Positions 44,601-49,146 of a stretch of 52,558 bases of DNA are shown here, one piece after another. Location: positions 1-52,558 of the forward strand of contig JAVEZR010000004.1 in the NCBI GenBank assembly GCA_034002865.1, read 5' to 3'. Source of the stretch: Candidatus Dojkabacteria bacterium. Lineage in GTDB: Bacteria; Patescibacteriota; Dojkabacteria; SC72. The notes beneath the pieces were generated by a model. It was not told the DNA's origin and ran no database searches. It saw only the letters and a program-made list of their open reading frames with translations. The position numbers and the translations under genes are program-made. Numbering within the stretch: the stretch's first letter is position 1; every line of letters begins with the position of its first letter.

Positions 44601-44905
44601 CTATCGTCTTAGCAGTCTTACTACTCTCTTCTTTAAGTAGAGATATTAAATATGGAAAGATTACGAATGCATATGATGAGCCTGTTGTGGGAGTCAATGT
44701 AGGTCTCTTTGAAAGAGAGTTTGATAAGTTACAAACAGAAAGAGTCACAAATGAGAAAGGCCAATACAGATTTATCATTAAACCAGGAACATATGAGATT
44801 AGATCATTAACACCTGGATATACATTACAGGATAACAACGTTATCACTGTAAATGATAAGCCTTCTATAATAAACAGGGATCTCAAAATTACAAACAGTA
44901 GGTAA
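35693..44905 (+). CDS. Giant (3070-aa) multi-lectin surface protein: Cys-rich modules, 5 LamG/ConA-like domains, Ig/FN3 modules, propeller-like repeats, Cys repeat, 3-TM anchor with two CarboxypepD_reg-like domains
   Basis: Uninterrupted 9213-nt ORF with a non-ATG start (TTG 35693 or GTG 35699) and a signal/anchor (VFLILFSLLLLTTIISTY). LamG-like domains lie at about 36901-37505, 37721-38340, 38513-39130, 39486-40115 and 40464-41093; the clearest contains AKWSFEEESGTGAYLLDSSGNGYHATPSG...FPGIIDEVSLFDRALSEEEI. FN3 at 43443-43722, CGNGVLDEGEECD at 43795, TM/beta-sandwich anchor at 44020-44902. Confidence 0.9.
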   Translation: MVVIKRIEQYKVFLILFSLLLLTTIISTYNPFKISLLAADNIPACISTCTDYTGNYYGDCERFCDPYSSGYYGYENSCAYQSYPEGNTEQWCSSVEMDVEMCIGGCIAENPDATDVEYSCRDLCSAYNDKYGCENNYGAYLQGGYDFTPSTSFCSYLDFRDEVGSCYTACTTELGAGYDMDCSTFCNPYDHGYYGYEWQVGGTGGCTEASQYYNYDYPQPGLWCSYLEKNSQMCTGACIAQNSSYQDPEFPCNDICTAYTVTSECAADAGSYFEYFIPTTDFCSYLEYGVEHEEDGIYLNGTIRGYMQIETGGVKNITGYVRHANMPDDFTILGNNDNNYSNDIAGDCTLVAGTESDKWEFSCPTDDITGEGIYQYTFTTSNDADLWESSKILTINYGIDDLTYLWTFDERNEDWGNEVITNLAPTEGGATQTDPGFHVGGALNGLDEKYLTYEDLGGDFNFAGGDVHFKIEAMVKGNAYDNYDRMLISKRSNDEESNTWTVGTSGDRGVRCAVEINGEQQTTQTEWETGGQLTNGETYKIGCEWNAYTRELTAYIDDVAIITNTIGGTDFIPPSTSNLTINGIPGVGYDTNAYIDNIMIYSYPAEVPGDETNPPGIFIPQTEKFKTVDSTITTPILGRIYDESTIDSVEIKRVDSETWNSCTVDSEPSPVTLPTPLAKWSFEEESGTGAYLLDSSGNGYHATPSGTTVGEGIVGNGRSIGAWNYIEVDSSLNNDIPSGSEARTVSAWVKFETNEGCPTGWNPVFSYGSEDEVGENVAWGVVIDCDRSLGVNEGTSREFVEAKVPSWEWTFVAVSMDSNGNKTHYINGENVGTITTVPNTIPDHNPKIGILYHGHHSFPGIIDEVSLFDRALSEEEIINIFSSTKDNYEFSCSTGPMLDLSTNAYQIRATDQFNNVTAVENYEYVEREVDAFGGLELKTLLRFESGNTLLDSIGTLINGYAYEGGTNPITSIPRTTGIYGDAGDFQDIRRLFFPDNSQIYDFNDYEDKLPHFRVEAIVKRLYEDTHRSILVKTLSEEGEPLWKMGTSDTSNLLCSVVTLGGTVTVISDETLPIDEWRAVACDWNALTGELTASIDGIDVKTETTNIDISLRQLTTSTGPLVISGMGQDSYYDPFNGFIDNVKIYNEYLTIPKKPIELNSSSALANSDTYLLQGSANTNTSDNIVQVQYREYAQGQNENVNWNGCTCDDGTCDNPTEDFSCSITNIPESSTTTYEIRYVYGDPLSYLASNLYGISDIRRDSNNSLEAWWSFDKATELIDYTGNGFNGTLIGVSPLYSNLTTGSLTNIFDGNTYFEIADTERKLNFNGFSDEFKIELDIKPDAGLTTNEDYHFIYKTKSSWEEGEQPYVWGIRMYVTPNGDYVASARVDDNGERSVGFEDNPNSYLNPGQWNHIVFTYSNVDEVITLKVNDNDTIISEIYQSMSLDESSAPVTIGSRATDNNKFVGEIDDIKIYNETYVPPYTPFEFSTSAAIVSTNTYTLQGTADTIDKEISTIQYRLFNSSQAQGDNWSSCTCDDGTCNSVIEDFSCNIADIPAFTSTYELRLGYGEPLEYITSETYGRFDITKDTSDSLVTWWGFDSDTNITDYGVNELDGTVVGHVETSISSETGSRTNVFHGDTYFEIADTERKLNFNDVDSEFTVELDIKPEIGFNTNQDYYIMTKNAPDSSFVWGIKIYVTLDGDYDIRGIINTENQIKEIGHNDLSANSNTYLTPGDWNHVVFSFANLDSTATIKVNDNPPSVYSNSIYFLMPTSTSPITIGGNPAIGNKFEGEIGDIKIYSTTDARAPQITFKELDNKERITNDPNQEFEITVTDQTGVESFGYFFFDMSGSWDIPEPGYIPIADREWTYVDNPTEGNWGDKEVVIKINAVDLSDKLWYLYTRATDSNGFESLLPDHWWYTTYAHHTPSAMPYYQFFVEARDTTPPQIFAHSIIPSQTVDTNPGVRGYIKDNPKDTISDIASIEYKLEIGTLEGEDWTPGEIGTWKPITPLGIENIFDQPTEEFYLRLEGLTPGDYKLEIRAEDASGNSTEDNDTNHTGYFTIYEINPKPDTTVLIKEEDFTSHAYHDQLFSDGVWGNGILRLRQSVSFQQEQAMFTNNNDFGYTYGEFRGEIFDSVDGNFWIVNNDQTFSYYNIENDTYTKYPKLKKGWYLADVNEFEFEDRRYLVIDYVYESTIIYDINNTPEDTTDDTYVDYKDKEGFGNNKDFEFIDIDRRNNTLSIFGRAEPAVENFVISIDTKGTIMDISDDTYTTWGTADNLFYDEDLEEYHTDHDIVGLLLDQELDSFVMSTYTHGSWICSDGGDPENKTNDACKYYPTWGKFSIIKDNNGYYYLGGNGRLVRINSNNTSNLMDDTLTDIVSIGDPRLIDDTVSDMVIIPGKYPVGDELWFLTTNGYLRGVEYNFTYDDKLDDTTYVYKIPTHQNRGGSGTNFSLRGDDTFYVATQGEGIQKITLTRSFESLNTIEMLPIPPDGILAINYIDLEEVLGAVTNGSQYTLNDLVTYEVSNDSGVTWFPITQGQRVNFPTPDYKLKLKIILRSGSSPIIDALKLSYVAYPEKKDDQCDIKINDKAPQITSIKPNTNKSFTVNFATLADPTVQSYTLEYGLSNSNFTTGSQTVLKDTNTFTVTGIQEDTEYFFRVKAVSDCTSSLWSNVMSATNTGEATQPPVKPHRPPKATDPTTEENLCGNGVLDEGEECDYANTETYMCEDGSTGICTVECTLDVNSCKEEDSDIPIIDRIKENIKEVEKERDGEAISATQVANWAVKLISLSLLTLSVPLIPYYFMRILLGIPYIIGMRKRDKEYGYVYDSITKEPIKQAIVRIYSGDKLVHTDVTGTYGEFGGNIEPGKYTLSVQKPQYSFPSTMVVGSTDMHISNVYNGTLEVKENAEIITAVPIDSNKAKVFDIFKTIVINRTAILLQFIKLLLFVGLLAYSIYAYKTNSNTLNLIVLIEYAIVLAVLLLSSLSRDIKYGKITNAYDEPVVGVNVGLFEREFDKLQTERVTNEKGQYRFIIKPGTYEIRSLTPGYTLQDNNVITVNDKPSIINRDLKITNSR
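35816..36572 (+). repeat. Two diverged Cys-rich modules (about 121 and 131 aa) at the N-terminus of the giant protein
   Basis: Module A1 (35816-36178) and A2 (36179-36572) share the pattern C--(A/T)C(T)....G--Y---C--FC-PY--GYYGYE......WCSYLE/SSVE..MC-G-CIA-N.....(Y/F)-C-D-C-AY......FCSYL(D/E). They are similar at protein level but diverged at DNA level. Confidence 0.8.
39621..39668 (+). repeat. 48-nt exact repeat, copy 1 (atacatattttgaaatagctgatactgagaggaagttaaacttcaatg)
   Basis: Base-by-base identical to 40599-40646. It encodes (N/D)TYFEIADTERKLNFN. Flanking cassette DNA is clearly diverged. Confidence 0.95.
40599..40646 (+). repeat. 48-nt exact repeat, copy 2
   Basis: Identical to 39621-39668. 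The offset is 978 nt (in frame, 326 codons). Confidence 0.95.
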
Positions 44906-44933
44906 TATGGTTGTATATTACCCTACTGTTTGT
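44891..44933 (+). terminator. Long hairpin (18-bp stem with one bulge) spanning the giant ORF stop codon; likely intrinsic terminator or processing site
   Basis: ACAAACAGTAGGTAATAT (44891-44908), loop GGTTGT, ATATTACC-C-TACTGTTTGT (44915-44933). The stop TAA is at 44903-44905. It is followed by gttacaatc rather than a classical U-run. tRNA-Thr starts 21 nt later. Confidence 0.5.
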
Positions 44934-44953
44934 TACAATCACGTTACGTAATT

Positions 44954-45026
44954 GCTGATGTAGCTCAGCTGGAAGAGCATTCCCTTCGTAAGGGACAGGT
45001 CGATGGTTCGATCCCATCCATCAGCT
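44954..45026 (+). tRNA. tRNA-Thr (anticodon CGU), no encoded CCA
   Basis: GCTGATG/CATCAGC acceptor, D arm GCTC-AGCTGGAA-GAGC, anticodon loop TTCGTAA, T arm GATGG-TTCGATC-CCATC, discriminator U. Length 73 nt. Confidence 0.88.
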
Positions 45027-45036
45027 TTGCAAAAAC

Positions 45037-46125
45037 ATGACTATACCAAAATATACAATAACAAATCTAATACTTAGTTACATAATAAAATATGAACTCA
45101 GTATTGATAAAATAAGAAATACTCCTATGCCCTCTACAGCACTTGACACCATTAGGGAGAAATATGCTACAGAGGAAATCGACAAATTAGGAGAATTAAT
45201 CTCATACCCAATAGGATACAGTAAGGCACTAACAGTTCAACGTGGCCAGGTATTACCATCATACAAAAATAAGCTAAGAATTTTTACCAACTTTAAGAAC
45301 GCACAAGACTTCTTAGATACATACAATATTAAAAGTGCCCTTAAACCATCAATAGAGCTCTCTACGCACCTAAATAAAATCGTTATGAAAAATATTGTAG
45401 AGGAGTGGGATCTTTCAAGAATAAAGACATTCTCAGAGAAGCCCTTCGACCTTTACGATACATGGTACAACCTTAGAGATTACTACCCTAACATAGATAT
45501 GAAGACACACTTCAATGAACTCTTCGGTTGGATTGCTAACTCCTCTACTGGCACTCATAAGTTAATACAGTTTGCAATCTTACTCTATGAATTTATAGAC
45601 AAAGCACCCTTCTATGCAGGCAATCAGATAACCTCTATACTAACAATCAAAGCATTAGCAAAAATATACAACCTTAACCCTCACAATCTAATCCCCTACT
45701 CCAAAGCGATGTTTTTAATCAGTGAAGATATTAATTCAGCTTTTAAAATCTCTAAAGGTAAAAGAGACCTAACCATCTTCATAGAAGCAGTACTGTACAC
45801 CCTCTCTCTAACTACCATAGATATATCTAAAGAGTTCTTCCAAGCATATGAAGATAAGATGATGATAAATAAAAAGATTGGTAAAGACTTAAACCCAAGA
45901 CAAGCAAAGATAGTAGAATATCTAAATACAAACGCAAGAGTAACTAGACAGCAGTATACCAAGATGATGGGAGTCTCCTTTATGACATCATACAGAGACC
46001 TACAAGAGCTACTAGAGAAGAAATACATCTTACAGAAGGGTCAAGGTCGTGGTACCTACTACATTATTCCAGATGCAAGTGATAACATATCTAGTGATAA
46101 TACAGGGATAGAGATCTTTAATTAA
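45037..46125 (+). CDS. Fic-family protein with degenerate active-site motif + C-terminal winged HTH
   Basis: 362 aa. HKLIQFAILLYEFIDKAPFYAGNQITSIL aligns to the Fic core hP.i.aa..H..F..IHPF.DGNGR..R, with His, Asp, Gly and both Arg replaced (45601-45639). The C-terminal LNPRQAKIVEYLNTNARVTRQQYTKMMGVSFMTSYRDLQELLEKKYI is a wHTH. Confidence 0.7.
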   Translation: MTIPKYTITNLILSYIIKYELSIDKIRNTPMPSTALDTIREKYATEEIDKLGELISYPIGYSKALTVQRGQVLPSYKNKLRIFTNFKNAQDFLDTYNIKSALKPSIELSTHLNKIVMKNIVEEWDLSRIKTFSEKPFDLYDTWYNLRDYYPNIDMKTHFNELFGWIANSSTGTHKLIQFAILLYEFIDKAPFYAGNQITSILTIKALAKIYNLNPHNLIPYSKAMFLISEDINSAFKISKGKRDLTIFIEAVLYTLSLTTIDISKEFFQAYEDKMMINKKIGKDLNPRQAKIVEYLNTNARVTRQQYTKMMGVSFMTSYRDLQELLEKKYILQKGQGRGTYYIIPDASDNISSDNTGIEIFN

Positions 46126-46130
46126 ATTGC

Positions 46131-46153
46131 GATATCATCTATAAATTGATATC
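46131..46153 (+). terminator. Weak hairpin after the Fic-like gene
   Basis: GATATCA (46131-46137), 9-nt loop, TGATATC (46147-46153), then ATTTTAT. It could equally be an operator in front of gatB. Confidence 0.25.
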
Positions 46154-46185
46154 ATTTTATGCCTTAATTAAACAAAATCTTAAAC

Positions 46186-47703
46186 GTGGACACATCAAAA
46201 TACGATGTAATAATAGGGTTAGAAATACACATACAAACTAAAACTAACAGTAAAATGTTTTGTAGCTGTCCTACTAACTACTTTAACAAACAACCAAATA
46301 CCCATGTATGCCCTACATGCTTAGGATTACCAGGAGCACTACCAGTACCAAATAAAAGAGCAATTGAGCTATGCATACTAATGGGCTTAGCTACAAAGTG
46401 CGATATTGATAATGAAATCCATTTTGATAGGAAACATTACTTCTACCCTGATTTACCAAAAGGGTATCAAATTAGTCAGTACAAAAATCCAATCTGTTCT
46501 GATGGATACATCGATATAGATGATGAAGATGGAAAGAAATTTAGAGTTGAAATTGAAAGAATACACCAAGAAGAAGATGTAGCTAAATCAACACACCATA
46601 CAGAAAGCTCTACCGGATCAGAATATACATTAATAGATTACAACAAATCAGGAGTACCTTTAATTGAAATAGTTACAAAACCAAATATAAGGAGTGCATA
46701 TCAAGCAAAAGAGTACGCTACTAAAATTAGACAGTTAGCTAGATATCTAAATATCTCAGACGCTGATATGGAGAAAGGCCAGATGAGATGTGAGCCAAAT
46801 ATCTCTGTACAAGAGAAGGGTAAATGGGAGTACAAAGATGGAAAAATCTCACCAAAACAGGGATATACTCTTAATGCGAAAGTAGAGATAAAAAATATAG
46901 GATCAATATCTGCAGTAGAGAAATCAGTAACATATGAAGTAGAAAGATTAATTAAAGAGATAGAAGCAGGAAAAGAAATAGTACAACAAACAAGAGGTTG
47001 GGATGCAAATAAAGGAATTACAGTATTTCAAAGATCCAAAGAAACTGCAGATGACTACCGATATATGCCAGACCCTGATATCCCAGTAATAGAGATTAAA
47101 GATACAGATATAGAAAGAATTGAGAAAGAAATAATAGAGCTACCTGATGAAAAGAAAAGAAGATATATGCAAGATTACAACCTCTCTTCATATGATGCTC
47201 AAGTACTAACCTCTGATAGAGAGATATCCCTTTACTACGAGTCTACTCTTGCTCTTGTAAGTAAAAATATAGAGATTCTTAAAGCTGCAAAAGCTACAGC
47301 TAACTGGTTAACAGGAGCAGTATTTTCAATAGCAAATGATAATGGTTTACAAATAACAGATGAGAATATTCCACAAGATGATATTGCAACCCTAATTATA
47401 GAGTTTGAAGAGAAAGTATTAACAAGAAACAAGGCAGAAGAGCTACTGAGAGAATCAATTGAGGGTAAGAAAGACTTAGGAGATTTAATATCAAATGCTA
47501 AAAAGCATGCAAAGGATATCACAGGTAATATAGATGAGATTGTACAAGAAGTAATAGATTCTAATCCTAAAGCTGTAGATGATTACAAAGCAGGTAAAGA
47601 GACTTCCATAGGGTACCTAGTAGGTCAGGTTATGCAAAAAACTAAAGGCAGTGCAGACCCTAATAGTACAAGATCAATTTTAATAGAGAAAATAAATGGA
47701 TAA
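46186..47703 (+). CDS. gatB: Glu/Asp-tRNA amidotransferase subunit B
   Basis: 505 aa with a GTG start. IIGLEIHIQTKTNSKMFC, CPTCLGLPGALPV, HFDRKHYFYPDLPKGYQISQ, and a C-terminal GatB_Yqey domain (IGYLVGQVMQKTKGSADP). Confidence 0.94.
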   Translation: MDTSKYDVIIGLEIHIQTKTNSKMFCSCPTNYFNKQPNTHVCPTCLGLPGALPVPNKRAIELCILMGLATKCDIDNEIHFDRKHYFYPDLPKGYQISQYKNPICSDGYIDIDDEDGKKFRVEIERIHQEEDVAKSTHHTESSTGSEYTLIDYNKSGVPLIEIVTKPNIRSAYQAKEYATKIRQLARYLNISDADMEKGQMRCEPNISVQEKGKWEYKDGKISPKQGYTLNAKVEIKNIGSISAVEKSVTYEVERLIKEIEAGKEIVQQTRGWDANKGITVFQRSKETADDYRYMPDPDIPVIEIKDTDIERIEKEIIELPDEKKRRYMQDYNLSSYDAQVLTSDREISLYYESTLALVSKNIEILKAAKATANWLTGAVFSIANDNGLQITDENIPQDDIATLIIEFEEKVLTRNKAEELLRESIEGKKDLGDLISNAKKHAKDITGNIDEIVQEVIDSNPKAVDDYKAGKETSIGYLVGQVMQKTKGSADPNSTRSILIEKING

Positions 47704-47992
47704 GAAAACATTAGAACATATAGCTGAGCTATCTAGAATAAGGCTTACAGAAAAAGAGCTAGAGAAATTTACTCCTCAAATGGAAACTATATTAGATAGT
47801 GCAAAAATATTACAAGAAATAGACACAACTAATGTACAACCAATGAAAAAGCATATCCCTTTTGATAATCTTAGAGAAGATATTCCTAAAGAGTCACTCT
47901 CTCAGGAAGAGGTCTTAGCCAATGCAATACATAAAGAGAATGGATATGTAAAAGTATACGGAAAGATATTTGGTGGTATTGAAGAGAGTTAA
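47696..47992 (+). CDS. gatC: Glu/Asp-tRNA amidotransferase subunit C
   Basis: 98 aa. LEHIAELSRIRLTEKELEKFTPQMETILD...LREDIP is the GatC pattern. It overlaps gatB by 8 nt. Confidence 0.85.
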   Translation: MDKKTLEHIAELSRIRLTEKELEKFTPQMETILDSAKILQEIDTTNVQPMKKHIPFDNLREDIPKESLSQEEVLANAIHKENGYVKVYGKIFGGIEES

Positions 47993-48036
47993 AACTTTGA
48001 AAAAATATCCTTTCTCTAGTAAAATACTCCTGTTTA

Positions 48037-48122
48037 GCCGAAGTGGCGAAACTGGCAGACGCGCATGCCTTAGGAGCATGTTGGGATAATACCCAGTGCA
48101 GGTTCAACTCCTGTCTTCGGCA
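48037..48122 (+). tRNA. tRNA-Leu (anticodon UAG), long variable arm, no encoded CCA
   Basis: GCCGAAG/CTTCGGC acceptor, 3-bp D stem GCG/CGC, anticodon stem CATGC/GCATG with loop CTTAGGA, 17-nt variable arm TTGGGATAATACCCAGT, T arm GCAGG-TTCAACT-CCTGT, discriminator A. Length 86 nt. Confidence 0.88.
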
Positions 48123-48146
48123 TATTTATTTACTTAAACAAATATC

Positions 48147-48389
48147 ATGTATAAAAAACTAGTATCACCCTTCCAGAAAGTACTCTTAGAAAAAAGAATG
48201 TGTGTAGGATGTACAAACCCATTAGATAAAGCAAAAAGAGTTGGTAAAATCTCCGAAAGAAGAGATATGGTCGAATGTAAATGTAAAAGAAGATATATCT
48301 TTAATAAAGAATTAAATGAGTATCAAAGAGCAAGCTTCCAAGAAGAACAGCAATTCTTAAAAGAACTTTCCAAAAGGGCTTCAGTGTAG
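48147..48389 (+). CDS. Small basic zinc-ribbon-like protein (hypothetical)
   Basis: 80 aa with CVGC...CKC cysteine pairs. It is sandwiched between tRNA-Leu (24 nt upstream) and tRNA-Glu (19 nt downstream). Confidence 0.5.
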   Translation: MYKKLVSPFQKVLLEKRMCVGCTNPLDKAKRVGKISERRDMVECKCKRRYIFNKELNEYQRASFQEEQQFLKELSKRASV

Positions 48390-48408
48390 TAAAATCTTTC
48401 ACAGGTAT

Positions 48409-48483
48409 GCCGCTATCGTCTAACGGTTAGGACGACAGGTTTTCATCCTGTAAATCGGGGTTCGATTCCCCGTAGTGGTACCA
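48409..48483 (+). tRNA. tRNA-Glu (anticodon UUC), CCA encoded
   Basis: GCCGCTA/TAGTGGT acceptor (two G:U pairs), D arm GTCT-AACGGTTA-GGAC, anticodon stem ACAGG/CCTGT with loop TTTTCAT, T arm CGGGG-TTCGATT-CCCCG, A + CCA. Length 75 nt. Confidence 0.87.
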
Positions 48484-48508
48484 ATTCTTAAATTTATGCC
48501 CCTAAAGA

Positions 48509-49114
48509 ATGTACGAGTCATCAGAGGTTAATAGTAGTGGAAAAGCAAAAGGAGTTGAAATATTTGCATCCATAGGTAGCTTTATATCCTCCTTTATTGA
48601 AACAGTAGTTGTTGCATTAGTACTTGCGGTTGTACTATATCTTTTCATCATGACACCACATGAGGTAGTTGGTAACTCTATGCACCCTACATACAAGAAT
48701 GGGGAATATTTAATGGCTAATAAGATTACATATAAGTTTGCACTACCACAAAGAGGTGATGTTATTATCTTTAAATACTCTGATACCCAAGACTTTATCA
48801 AAAGAATAATAGGTGTACCTGGGGATGAAGTAATGATTAAAGATGGAGACTATTACATAAACGGAAACAAGTTAGATGAATCTACATACCTCGATGACTC
48901 TGTAATAACCAATGGAGGCTCATATATTCATGAAGGTCAAACAGTTACAGTCTCTGATAACCAGTACTTTGTATCAGGAGATAACAGACCTAATAGCTCT
49001 GACTCTAGAGAGTTTGGCCCTATCTCTAAAGATAGGATTAAGGGTAAAGCATGGATAGTATACTTTCCATTTACAGAATTTAGACTTGTTACTCATCAAG
49101 AGTACAACATGTAG
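48509..49114 (+). CDS. lepB: Signal peptidase I
   Basis: 201 aa. TM anchor, then VVGNSMHPTY (catalytic Ser box), RGDVIIFKY, FIKRIIGVPGDEV (Lys box), VSGDNRPNSSDSREFGPI. Confidence 0.92.
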   Translation: MYESSEVNSSGKAKGVEIFASIGSFISSFIETVVVALVLAVVLYLFIMTPHEVVGNSMHPTYKNGEYLMANKITYKFALPQRGDVIIFKYSDTQDFIKRIIGVPGDEVMIKDGDYYINGNKLDESTYLDDSVITNGGSYIHEGQTVTVSDNQYFVSGDNRPNSSDSREFGPISKDRIKGKAWIVYFPFTEFRLVTHQEYNM

Positions 49115-49146
49115 ACTCTAGTTGTGAAACATGGTAGATTATACAA

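Noticed and set aside
35598-45026. The giant gene as a horizontally acquired island integrated between tRNA-Gly(CCC) and tRNA-Thr
   Set aside because: I found no integrase, recombinase or mobility gene, and no direct repeat of either tRNA 3' end at the opposite boundary by eye. Codon and AT style looks like the rest of the window. tRNA adjacency here appears to be a general feature of the genome's layout.
49116-49131. Possible parS site just upstream of parA (GTGAAACA at 49124-49131)
   Set aside because: Only the right half of the TGTTTCAC-GTGAAACA consensus is present. The left half (CTCTAGTT) matches 1 of 8 positions. A single half-site is expected by chance at this scale. A genome-wide parS search would be needed.
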